The notes beneath the pieces are model-generated. The model had not been told where the DNA came from. It saw only the letters and a list, made by a program, of their open reading frames with translations, and searched no databases. DNA of 64,000 bases from Patescibacteria group bacterium (lineage in GTDB: Bacteria > Patescibacteriota > Patescibacteriia > 2-01-FULL-39-33): contig JBAZKF010000001.1 in NCBI GenBank assembly GCA_041650895.1, forward strand, positions 359,156 to 423,155, given 5' to 3'. Of the stretch, positions 37,917 through 46,943 are shown piece by piece. Every line of letters begins with the position of its first letter. Within the stretch, counting starts at the first letter, position 1. Position numbers and translations under genes: made by a program.

Positions 37917-38843
37917 TTAAAAATCAAACTTCCGGAAAAGACAGACGCGCAAATCAAAACTCGGTCTGCTGTGTTTGTGATTTTCGACACGGAGGCCGTA
38001 AGCATGGAAAAAGCCGACGGAAACGAACCAGTTAAAACTATCAGTCACGCTTGAACAATGTTGCCAATCTTCAGCTAAACGCTCTCCATTGATCATGAAA
38101 TTAGTCAGAATCGCTTCGCTAAAGATGGCGGGATTGACGCGCTCGTAAAGCGATTCGGGCTTCTGCGATTCCGCTTCCCGTTGGCCCCAATTGTGCCCAA
38201 CCCATCGACCCTTAAAGTCAATCAGATGGTAGCCACTGGCCGGCTGATGCTTAACCCAATAACCCTCTTTGTCGTGCAACCACCAGGTATAACCACTATG
38301 AAAACATGGCTGTTTTTCTTTCTCCCCGCCCTTACCGCGGATTTCGTACTGCTGGCGCAGGGATTTGCCGCTGACAAACACCAGGCGCCAATCAGTCCGG
38401 CCGGAGTAATTTTCAGCGGCCGCCTGTTTCAGTGTTGCTTTGGTGTAACGGATAGGTCCGTTAACAATCGGCTGACGCCAAACTCTAGCTGTGGCACGAG
38501 CCATGATCACCTTATTGGCACCAAGGATTCTAATCGCCTGTCGTACTGACAGATTAATCTGCACCGTTGCTTCATTTTGTGCTTGTGTTTGTATTGGATT
38601 AATCTGCACCGTTACTTCATTCCGCAATATGGCAGCGATCATAGCCGCCTGACCATCTCTTGGCACATCAGCCAAAACACGATTCAATACGGCTTCAAGC
38701 TGGCCGAGGTCAATATCGCCATATTTAATCGGTTTCCCGGCCTTGGCAGCTAAAAGCCGCGCCGCAGGCACGCCCAAGTGCTCAAGCAGAGCATAAACTT
38801 CATGTAATGTAAAAGTTCTGCAATCTTTCTTTTCATCTTCCAT
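37917..38843 (-). CDS. Hypothetical protein, moderately GC-rich, with an internal 22-bp direct repeat and a W/G/Y-rich segment
   Basis: 308 aa; RBS AAGGAGA. The consensus promoter TTGACA-17-TATAAT lies at 38960-38990 (reverse complement). attaatctgcaccgtt[g/a]cttcatt is repeated at 38559 and 38606. Confidence 0.5.
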   Translation of the reverse strand: MEDEKKDCRTFTLHEVYALLEHLGVPAARLLAAKAGKPIKYGDIDLGQLEAVLNRVLADVPRDGQAAMIAAILRNEVTVQINPIQTQAQNEATVQINLSVRQAIRILGANKVIMARATARVWRQPIVNGPIRYTKATLKQAAAENYSGRTDWRLVFVSGKSLRQQYEIRGKGGEKEKQPCFHSGYTWWLHDKEGYWVKHQPASGYHLIDFKGRWVGHNWGQREAESQKPESLYERVNPAIFSEAILTNFMINGERLAEDWQHCSSVTDSFNWFVSVGFFHAYGLRVENHKHSRPSFDLRVCLFRKFDF

Positions 38844-39194
38844 CTCATTCTCCTTTCAGGCGATTGGCCCGATTGATGGAATTTTTCCCCTACCCGAGGA
38901 TCAGGGTAACTCGACAATCACAATGCCAAGCCAACGAGTCATTATATCAAAAACAATATAATTTGTCAATAGTGTAAAGTAATAACAAAAAATTAGTAAT
39001 AAAATATCTAATTTTAGACAAAATTAACCATCTTGACTTTACCCAAACAATACGATATAATGATAACACAACTTAACCCTTTCCCATTCCCTTTTCAGGG
39101 GCTCTTAAGCGCCAAACGACTTAAGAAAAGGCAAACAACCACGATTCCTACGAGAATTCCAGGCTTGCCTTGGGATTTTTTTAATGTCTCGCTT

Positions 39195-39356
39195 GTCATT
39201 CCGACTAAGCGAGCAAGGCGAACGCGTGGAGGAATCGCTTGTTCTTCTTTGTCATTCCGACTAAGCGAGCAAGGCGAACGCGTGGAGGAATCGCTTGTAT
39301 TAAATAATTAAGGAATTCCTCGACTCCACTCCCGCTTCGCTTACGTTGCGCTCGGA
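39195..39356. repeat. Tandem direct repeat (2 × about 55 bp: ttgtcattccgactaagcgagcaaggcgaacgcgtggaggaatcgcttgt) plus a diverged inverted copy, upstream of rpsF
   Basis: Exact duplication at 39195-39249 and 39250-39304. Each unit is itself hairpin-forming (ATTCC…GGAAT). An inverted partial copy lies at 39320-39356. Confidence 0.7.
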
Positions 39357-39403
39357 ATAACAATGAGGAAAAACGCTGAATATTAATATAATTAACTCAT
39401 ACT

Positions 39404-39877
39404 ATGAACAATTACGAATTACTCTACATCATCTCCAATCAGTACACTGATGATGAAGCCGCCAAAATCAAAGCTAAAATCGACGGCATGCTTAAGGGCT
39501 TTGGCGCCGTTATCGGACTAGAAGAAAACTTAGGCAAAAAAAAATTAGCCTACCCCATCAATCGTATCGCCCACGGTTATTATTTACTCAATGAATTTGA
39601 ATTGGAAGACGGCAATCAACTCAAACAAATCAACGAGTTCTTACGCTTAGACAAAGAGATCCTGCGCGCGCAAATCGTTATCAAAAAGAAACTGTCTCCC
39701 GAAGAAATCGAAAAACAGAAAAAGCGCGAACAAGCCGCTGAGTTGCGCCGAGCCGCCGGAGAAAAAACCGAGGAAAAAGCCAAGCCGGCCGAAGCCAAAA
39801 AAGAAAGCAAGAAGGTAGACATTAAGGACTTAGACGAAAAATTGGAGGAGATTTTAAAAACCGACGATTTAGTGTAA
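39404..39877 (+). CDS. rpsF: 30S ribosomal protein S6 (with Lys/Glu-rich C-terminal extension)
   Basis: MNNYELLYIISNQYTDDEAAKIKAKIDGMLKGFG…. Confidence 0.85.
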   Translation: MNNYELLYIISNQYTDDEAAKIKAKIDGMLKGFGAVIGLEENLGKKKLAYPINRIAHGYYLLNEFELEDGNQLKQINEFLRLDKEILRAQIVIKKKLSPEEIEKQKKREQAAELRRAAGEKTEEKAKPAEAKKESKKVDIKDLDEKLEEILKTDDLV

Positions 39878-39991
39878 ACTGTAATAGTCCAAAGCTCATA
39901 AAGCCACAAGCCAAAACATCAAAAGGGGCTTCAACTTTATAAATTTTCGGACTTTATAAACCCAATAAATAATTACTCTAAATAAAATCGT

Positions 39992-40468
39992 ATGAACCTA
40001 AACAAAGCCATTATCATTGGCAATCTCACCGCCAATCCCGAGGTCAAAAAAACCGCTTCAGGTCAAACCATTGCCAATTTCTCCATCGCCACCAACCGCG
40101 TCTGGACCAACCAGCAGGGTGTTAAGCAGGAACAAGCCGAGTTTCATGCCATCGTCGCCTTCGGCCGCCTGGCCGAGATCGTCGGCCAATACCTGGCCAA
40201 GGGTCGCCTCTGTATGGTGGAAGGCCGTATCCAAACCCGCAACTGGATGGATACCAGTAATGTTAAACATTGGAAGACAGAAATCGTCGCTGAAAATATC
40301 CAATTAGGACCGCGTAGCACCACTTCCGCTAATGGCGGTTACGGCCAAGAGAGACCGAGTAACGGCGGCTATGATGCCGCTCCGGCTTATGAAGTTGAAC
40401 AGGTAGCTGCCGCTCCTGTAGCCAACGATAATGAAGAAGAAATAAAAGTTGAAGATATTCCATTTTAA
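39992..40468 (+). CDS. ssb: Single-stranded DNA-binding protein
   Basis: An OB-fold and the C-terminal acidic tail …EEEIKVEDIPF. Confidence 0.9.
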   Translation: MNLNKAIIIGNLTANPEVKKTASGQTIANFSIATNRVWTNQQGVKQEQAEFHAIVAFGRLAEIVGQYLAKGRLCMVEGRIQTRNWMDTSNVKHWKTEIVAENIQLGPRSTTSANGGYGQERPSNGGYDAAPAYEVEQVAAAPVANDNEEEIKVEDIPF

Positions 40469-40561
40469 ACCATCATTAAGTCAAAAGTCCATAAAGCCCG
40501 TGGAGTTAATTAATTTTGATTTTAACTTTGCGGACTTTGACTTTAAAAGACCACCAATATT

Positions 40562-40804
40562 ATGATCCAAAATAAAAAAAACACCAGTGCCGCAACACCG
40601 CAAAAACGCTATTGCCATTTTTGCGTCCACAATGTCAGCGACATTGATTACAAAAACGTTAATTTATTGCGCCGTTTCATCTCTTCTTATTCCAAAATCG
40701 TACCGCGCAAAAGAAGCGGTGTCTGCGCCTTCCATCAACGCAAACTCTCTAACGCCATTAAGCGCGCCAGAATCATGGCCCTGTTGCCGTTTGTTACAAA
40801 ATAA
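40562..40804 (+). CDS. rpsR: 30S ribosomal protein S18
   Basis: …[26 protein letters not shown]…. Confidence 0.85.
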   Translation: MIQNKKNTSAATPQKRYCHFCVHNVSDIDYKNVNLLRRFISSYSKIVPRKRSGVCAFHQRKLSNAIKRARIMALLPFVTK

Positions 40805-40916
40805 ACAGTTATAAGCCTGAAAAATCATAAGTCATAAATCATAAAACCAAACATTTTATGAACTTGCAGATTTTTAATTTTAAGGGCTTTATAAACTTTT
40901 CACCAGAACTACTCCT

Positions 40917-41486
40917 ATGTCAATTTCCACCTTAAATGATATCAAAAAAGGCGTGAGTGTTATTTATAATGGCGAACCCTATGCCGTTGTTGAAGCCAAC
41001 TTTGTCAGAATGCAACAGCGCAAACCGGTCATGCAAACCAAACTGCGCAATCTATTAAACGGCAAAATAGCCGAATACAGCTTTCATCAAGGCGAGAGAG
41101 TCGACGAAGCCGACATGACCAGAAAAAAAGTCGACTACCTGTATAACGACGGCACCAGCTATTATTTCATGTCGCAAGATGATTTTGAACAATTTGCTTT
41201 GTCCGGCGAAAGCTTAAGCGACAAAGTCGGCTATCTGAAAGAAGGCGACAAGGTTGACGCTCTCTACTGGAACAATAATCCTGTTTCCGTTTCCCTACCG
41301 CCGAAAGTAGAGTTTAAAGTAATATCAGCTCCGGAAGGCGTTAAAGGCAACTCCGCCCAAGGCCGTGTCACCAAAACCGCTGAAATAGAAACCGGCCTCT
41401 CCGTACAGGTCCCCCTGTTCGTCAAGGAAGGCGACACTATTAGAATCAATACCGACACCGGCGAATACGTGGAGCGAGTCAACTAA
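40917..41486 (+). CDS. efp: Elongation factor P
   Basis: MSISTLNDIKKGVSVIYNGEPYAVVE…; 189 aa. Confidence 0.85.
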   Translation: MSISTLNDIKKGVSVIYNGEPYAVVEANFVRMQQRKPVMQTKLRNLLNGKIAEYSFHQGERVDEADMTRKKVDYLYNDGTSYYFMSQDDFEQFALSGESLSDKVGYLKEGDKVDALYWNNNPVSVSLPPKVEFKVISAPEGVKGNSAQGRVTKTAEIETGLSVQVPLFVKEGDTIRINTDTGEYVERVN

Positions 41487-41488
41487 CC

Positions 41489-41533
41489 CCGAGATATATA
41501 AAACAGCTCCGAGATAATCGGGGCTGTTTTTAT
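41489..41533. terminator. Bidirectional terminator between efp and recA
   Basis: ccccgagat…atcggggctg followed by a T-run. Confidence 0.5.
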
Positions 41534-41541
41534 ATATAATT

Positions 41542-42630
41542 TTATTCTTTCATTGCCGGTTCATCTTCATAACCATCATTGTTGGCTGGTGGCGGAGCAA
41601 CGCCCGCTTGTTCAGCCTCTCTAAGCTTTTTTACCTCTTCCAGAATCTGTTTCCTAATTATAGTCATCAGCTTGGGATTAGCCTTAAGATAAGCCTTGGC
41701 ATTTTCACGGCCTGTGCCTAGCTTTTCTTCGCTGAAAGTATAAGTATTGCCGGCTTTGCTGATAACGCCTTTCTCTAAACCGACATCCAGTAAATCGCCG
41801 GAAACAGAAATGCCTTCATTATACATGATATCAAATTCGCAAGTCTGAAAAGGCGCGGCCACTTTATTCTTAACCACTTTAACCTTAACCCGATTGCCGA
41901 TATTTTTATCGCCCTGTTTTATTTGCGCGGCGCGACGGACTTCAATGCGGACTGAAGAATAAAACTTCAAAGCGGTGCCGCCGGTAGTGGTCTCCGGATT
42001 ACCGAAAAACACGCCAATCTTCATGCGGGTCTGGTTAATGAAAATCAATACGGTTTTAGATTTGGAAATGGCGCCGGTCAGTTTCCTCAATGCTTGACTC
42101 ATCAGACGCGCCTGCAGGCCCATGTGGGAATCACCCATATCACCTTCAATTTCCGCTTTAGGCACCAAAGCCGCCACCGAATCTACTACTACGACATCAA
42201 CGGCATTGGAGCGAATCAGGGTTTCTACTATCTCTAAAGCCTGTTCGCCGGTATCGGGCTGAGAAATAAACAACTCATCAACCTTCACGCCGATTTTTCT
42301 GGCATAATCGGGATCCAACGCATGCTCTGCGTCAACGAAAGCGGCCACGCCACCCAATTTCTGCACCTCAGCCACAATATGCTGAGCCAGAGTGGTTTTG
42401 CCTGATGCCTCCGGTCCGAAAACCTCCACAATCCTGCCTCGAGGCACTCCACCCACGCCTAAGGCGATATCCAATGACAGAGCGCCTGTGGACACGGCAT
42501 CAACTTCCATAGCCCGAGCCTCACCGAACTTCATAATGGCTCCATCGCCAAAACGCTCTTTAATCTGGCTGATAGCCGATTCTACGGCCTTGAACTTCTC
42601 ATTTCCCTCCTCGCTGGTCTTTTTAGGCAT
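41542..42630 (-). CDS. recA: Recombinase RecA
   Basis: Walker [10 protein letters not shown] and RecA signature sequences; 362 aa. Confidence 0.95.
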   Translation of the reverse strand: MPKKTSEEGNEKFKAVESAISQIKERFGDGAIMKFGEARAMEVDAVSTGALSLDIALGVGGVPRGRIVEVFGPEASGKTTLAQHIVAEVQKLGGVAAFVDAEHALDPDYARKIGVKVDELFISQPDTGEQALEIVETLIRSNAVDVVVVDSVAALVPKAEIEGDMGDSHMGLQARLMSQALRKLTGAISKSKTVLIFINQTRMKIGVFFGNPETTTGGTALKFYSSVRIEVRRAAQIKQGDKNIGNRVKVKVVKNKVAAPFQTCEFDIMYNEGISVSGDLLDVGLEKGVISKAGNTYTFSEEKLGTGRENAKAYLKANPKLMTIIRKQILEEVKKLREAEQAGVAPPPANNDGYEDEPAMKE

Positions 42631-42641
42631 AAATATAAAAA

Positions 42642-43277
42642 TTACTGATTAATCTCGTTAAATAGCACACGGATGATCGCTTCGGACTGGCGACTGTAAC
42701 GCTTCTTCGCAGTTATTTTAATCAAATTCAAGCCCTTTTGCAAGTCAACAGTAGTGGAAAAATTACCGCCGGTATCCACAAACACCGCTCGGTTATTAAT
42801 GACAATTTCCGCCTCGCGCGAAGACGTACCAGTCACTTCCAACTGGCGATTAACTGTTATCAATCCGTCAGTCGGGTGTAACACCGTCAACTGCGGCGGC
42901 CGAAAAATTTCATTGACCCGCCAAATCAAAAAAGCCAGAAGCGCAATAATACCGATAATAACCACTGCCTGGGAAATAAAATTAGACCAGACAAACAAAT
43001 TTTTGTTCTTCAACGATTTATAAGACAAGGAATGCAGTTTATCGGCGGCCTCTTGGCAAACAGGATGGTCCAAACCCAAGTAGTCACAGTAAGTCTTGAG
43101 AAATTTAGGCAGATAGTCTTTACCCGGCAAGAGCCAAGGTTGATTCTGCTCCAAGGCCTCCAGATATTTAGTGGCGATTTTGGTTTCTCCTGATGCCTTA
43201 AGTAAGCTCACGCCCTTTTTGAGGCGCGCCTCTTTTAAATTATCCCCCAAATTTTCAATAAAACCTTTTTCTAACAT
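42642..43277 (-). CDS. HTH (XRE-type) domain membrane protein, RodZ-like
   Basis: An N-terminal HTH ([30 protein letters not shown]), a TM helix and a C-terminal β-rich domain. Confidence 0.5.
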   Translation of the reverse strand: MLEKGFIENLGDNLKEARLKKGVSLLKASGETKIATKYLEALEQNQPWLLPGKDYLPKFLKTYCDYLGLDHPVCQEAADKLHSLSYKSLKNKNLFVWSNFISQAVVIIGIIALLAFLIWRVNEIFRPPQLTVLHPTDGLITVNRQLEVTGTSSREAEIVINNRAVFVDTGGNFSTTVDLQKGLNLIKITAKKRYSRQSEAIIRVLFNEINQ

Positions 43278-43295
43278 AAAATAATTGATTTATAA

Positions 43296-43378
43296 AGTCA
43301 AAAGTCCATAAAGTCCATAAAGTCAAGACTTCCAATATTTAATGACTTTAGACCTTATGGACTTTCAACTTTTAACTT
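43296..43378. repeat. REP-like intergenic palindrome (GTCCATAAAGTC … GACTTTATGGAC family), one of at least six copies
   Basis: aAGTCCATAAAGTCCATAAAGTCaagacttcc…GACTTTAGACCTTATGGACTTTc. Related hairpin units occur at 36405-36475, 37375-37435, 39878-39960, 40470-40555 and 40805-40910. Confidence 0.6.
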
Positions 43379-43384
43379 AAAAAG

Positions 43385-46255
43385 CTAAGCCCATTCGTCA
43401 TCGTCAAAGTAATTCTTTGACGATCCTTTTGTTGATTTTTTAATTTTAACTTCCTCTTCTTCTGGCTCCTCCGGCTGGTTATCGGCGGTAAACGGTTTTT
43501 CCTCCTCTTCTTCCTTTATTATTTCTTCTTTTGATTCTTCCCGCATTTCCTCCGTCTTCTCCGGCTCTTGCGGGGTTTTCTCAAACGCCGGCTTTATTCT
43601 TTCCTTCTTTTCTTTCTTCTCAACTTTGTTCGGCTTATCTTTGTACGATACTTGTTCAAATTCTTCCACTTCCGCAAACTGAGCCATAGGCAATTCTTCC
43701 TCTTTTTCGCCTTTTTCTTCCTGGATCAACGAAACGTCTTCCGGCTCATTCAATTCCTTCTCCAAAAAATCCGGCGATTCTTCATCTGACTCTGCTAATT
43801 CCTCGCTGGATCCAAACAGATCGTCACTATCATCCTCCGGTGGACGGAAGGCGGTAAAACTCGGCTCTTCTTCGGCTTCATCGGAATCAGCCTCCACAAA
43901 AGGATTATCATCCAATGGCCTTAGCTCTCCGGTTAAGCCGTGTTCGCGGGCAGCAAACTCTACCGGGTCAGCTCCGCCTAATTTATCCAAAAATATCTCT
44001 CGGGGTTTGGCGCCGTCAGCCGGACCAATCACGCCTCGTTCTTCCAATAAATCAAGAATTCTGGCCGCCCGAGCATAACCCAATTTCAAACGGCGTTGCA
44101 ACAACGAAGCCGAGGCTTTGCCATTCTGTTTGATTACCTCAACCGCCTCGCCCAGAAGCGGCTCGTCATCGCTATCAAAACTGCCATTACCGCCACCGCC
44201 GAAACTGCCACCGGTCGTGGCCAAATCATCAATATAGTCGGCTTGGCCTTGTTTCTTAATATAGCTAACCACGTCATTAATCTCATGGTCAGACAAGAAT
44301 ACCCCTTGAATGCGTTTGGACTTGGCGAATTCCGCTCCCAAATACAGCATATCGCCGCGGCCCACTAACTTCTCTGCGCCAGTACCGTCAAGAATAGTGC
44401 GCGAATCAATGGAAGAAGCAACAGCAAAAGAAATACGCGTAGGAATATTTGCCTTAATCAACCCGGTGATAACCTCGGTGGAGGGGCGTTGAGTAGCCAA
44501 AACCAAATGAATGCCCACGGCGCGAGCCATTTGCGCCAATCGCACAATACCCGCTTCCATATCATTAGGATTGGAAGCCATCAAGTCGGCCAGCTCGTCA
44601 ATAATCACGACAATGTAAGGCATCTTCTCGGCATGGGTTTGGTTATAAGACGCGATATTGCGATTACCGAATTTAGCCAGAAGTTCAAAACGCCTTTCCA
44701 TTTCTGTAATCAGCCATTTCAAAGCGCCAACAGTCTTTTTGACATCAGTAACAACCGGAGTAAGCAGATAAGGAATATTATTATACACCGGCATTTCTAC
44801 GCGCTTGGGATCAATTAAAATGAATTTCAACTCGTCCGGACTGTTCTGGTACATTAAAGAAACAATAATGGAATTAACACAGACGGATTTGCCGCTGCCC
44901 GTCTGGCCGGCGATAAGTAAATGAGGCATACGGCCCAAATCAGCAAAAATCGGCTTACCGGACACATCTTTGCCCAAGGCCAAAAATAAATTATTGCCCC
45001 GCTCTTTGAATTCCTTGCTGGCCAGCACTTCTCCCATAGTCACCTTGGCCGCGGTTTGATTGGGAATCTCTATGCCCACCAAGGCCTTGCCAGGGATAGG
45101 CGCTTCAATACGAATCGGATGAGCGGCTAAAGCCAAGGCCAAATCAGCATTAAGCGTAGTCAAACGCGCCAACTTTATTCCGGCAGCCGGACGCATGGTG
45201 TATTGAGTGACAGTCGGACCGACATTGACTTCGCCCATTTCCACATCCACACCAAAATTAGCCAACGTACGCCTAATGATTTCTTGATTGGCCTTAATAT
45301 CTCCGGAAGTAGGTTTGCCTGATTTGGCAGACAGTAAACTCAAAGGCAAATCTAGTCGGCCGAACTTGCGACGCTTGGCTTCAGGCGTAAATTCATCCCT
45401 AATGCCGGAATCAGTCAGCGGTTTGTTGGTAAAATTCGGGCTATCGTCGTCAGTCGGCATAACCGATCCATCCTCTTCGGTACCTTCCTCTTCGGCCGAT
45501 TCACCTACCGCCTCTTCCTCATAATCTTCTTCGGCCGCCAGATTGGCCAGTTTGCGCTCGTTGCGCTTAAGCCGATAATAAAAATACCAATCCTTCAGTT
45601 TTCCAAAAACAAATTTAAATAATTTTATCGGCCACATCAAACCGTAAAAAGAAGTTTCTAAAGCCAACAGAATGCCGACCAAAAGCAAAGCGATCAAAAC
45701 TACCAGGGCACCCCAAAAACTCATCAGCCGTACTAAGGGCAAAGCGACAAGCGCTCCGAGATAACCGCCGCCTTGGCCGATCTTAGCCATCTCTAACGCC
45801 TGCCAGGAATCGTATTGCAAATGGAATAAGCCACACAAGCTGACGACCAAAAATAAGGCGCCTAAATAATTAATAAAACTGATGGGATATTTTTCCTCGT
45901 AAAGCAAGAAAAAAATCAAAGCAGCCAAAAGAACCGGAATCAGCCATTTAACACTGCCGAAGACTATGGCCAGGACATAAGCCGCCACCTGCCCTATTTG
46001 GCCGGACAAATCAAACAAGCCCAAAATAGTCAGGGCGGCAAAGACAAACAGGAAAATAATAAATATCCCCTTTTTGGTCTCCGGCGACAAACCGCGCCAA
46101 TAATCAAAAAAATTAAAACGCGGTGCCGTGTAATGGCCGCGATTGGATTTTCCCCGGCCCCAGAAGGCGCGGTTGGTTTTACGATAATGACGAGGCATGA
46201 AAAATAGAGACGTTTCTTTTGCCTTATTATACCACAAAAAGCAAAAAAGCGCCAA
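43385..46255 (-). CDS. ftsK: DNA translocase FtsK/SpoIIIE with an approximately 230-aa acidic low-complexity C-terminal extension
   Basis: N-terminal TM helices, the motor Walker A GQTGSGKS and a γ winged-helix (…LLQRRLKLGYARAARILDLLEERGVIGP), followed by a D/E/K-rich tail. Confidence 0.9.
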   Translation of the reverse strand: MALFCFLWYNKAKETSLFFMPRHYRKTNRAFWGRGKSNRGHYTAPRFNFFDYWRGLSPETKKGIFIIFLFVFAALTILGLFDLSGQIGQVAAYVLAIVFGSVKWLIPVLLAALIFFLLYEEKYPISFINYLGALFLVVSLCGLFHLQYDSWQALEMAKIGQGGGYLGALVALPLVRLMSFWGALVVLIALLLVGILLALETSFYGLMWPIKLFKFVFGKLKDWYFYYRLKRNERKLANLAAEEDYEEEAVGESAEEEGTEEDGSVMPTDDDSPNFTNKPLTDSGIRDEFTPEAKRRKFGRLDLPLSLLSAKSGKPTSGDIKANQEIIRRTLANFGVDVEMGEVNVGPTVTQYTMRPAAGIKLARLTTLNADLALALAAHPIRIEAPIPGKALVGIEIPNQTAAKVTMGEVLASKEFKERGNNLFLALGKDVSGKPIFADLGRMPHLLIAGQTGSGKSVCVNSIIVSLMYQNSPDELKFILIDPKRVEMPVYNNIPYLLTPVVTDVKKTVGALKWLITEMERRFELLAKFGNRNIASYNQTHAEKMPYIVVIIDELADLMASNPNDMEAGIVRLAQMARAVGIHLVLATQRPSTEVITGLIKANIPTRISFAVASSIDSRTILDGTGAEKLVGRGDMLYLGAEFAKSKRIQGVFLSDHEINDVVSYIKKQGQADYIDDLATTGGSFGGGGNGSFDSDDEPLLGEAVEVIKQNGKASASLLQRRLKLGYARAARILDLLEERGVIGPADGAKPREIFLDKLGGADPVEFAAREHGLTGELRPLDDNPFVEADSDEAEEEPSFTAFRPPEDDSDDLFGSSEELAESDEESPDFLEKELNEPEDVSLIQEEKGEKEEELPMAQFAEVEEFEQVSYKDKPNKVEKKEKKERIKPAFEKTPQEPEKTEEMREESKEEIIKEEEEEKPFTADNQPEEPEEEEVKIKKSTKGSSKNYFDDDEWA

Positions 46256-46422
46256 AAGATTTTGACGCTTTTTACAGCCGGTAAGGCGCTTTAATAATTG
46301 CAGAGATCAAAGCGCCCAAACCGCCAATATCAGAAGGGGCACGACAAGCCAAATTAAATCGATCAGGGCCTTTCTCGGATCCTTGCGTTTCTGGTAAGTT
46401 TCGATGTTTAGGAAGGTCATAA

Positions 46423-46668
46423 TCAGCGGCGAAAATACTTTTTTATTTCCCTGATAGTCAAACGACGAGCGGTTTGCAATCGCTGTATTTCCTTGAGCCG
46501 TTTCAAGGCCCAAGACCGGTCATACAGGCGATAACCGCCTGGTGATTGATCGGCGAATTTAAGCAACCCTTCCCGCGTATAGTAATGGATGGTGGAGGGC
46601 AAAACTCTGGCCGCTTGGGCCAATTCCCCGATTTTTAACAACTCAGCCAACCGGCCGCTCTTGTCCAT
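46423..46668 (-). CDS. MerR-family HTH transcriptional regulator (short, 81 aa)
   Basis: LAELLKIGELAQAARVLPSTIHYYTREGLL matches a MerR HTH. A possible small TM peptide overlaps its 3' end (46307-46420). Confidence 0.55.
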   Translation of the reverse strand: MDKSGRLAELLKIGELAQAARVLPSTIHYYTREGLLKFADQSPGGYRLYDRSWALKRLKEIQRLQTARRLTIREIKKYFRR

Positions 46669-46899
46669 AATTATAGCTTCCCGGTATTGCCGTCTCAGCT
46701 GTATTCAAATACAACGATCCGGCATAACGGTAAGGGGTGACACTAACCATAAAGTATGAAGTACGAAGTACGAAGTACGAAGTAATAAGGCATACTTTAT
46801 AGTTAGTATATTACAGCAATTTTTTCTTTCTGACAAGAGACGGTTATCCACAGGGGAAAACTCATTGTTCAGAACAAATTAAAACAATAAAAAAAACCG

Positions 46900-46935
46900 C
46901 TCCCCCGAAGGAGAGCGGTTTTTATAGTAAACTTA
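46900..46935 (-). terminator. Intrinsic terminator of rpoC
   Basis: ccgctctccttcgggggagcgg plus a T-run in the minus sense. Confidence 0.7.
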
Positions 46936-46943
46936 ATTTAGTT

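Noticed and set aside
39195-39304. Possible CRISPR array, based on repeated 55-bp units.
   Set aside because: There are only two contiguous identical units with no intervening spacers, and no cas genes in the window, so it is classified as a tandem duplication.
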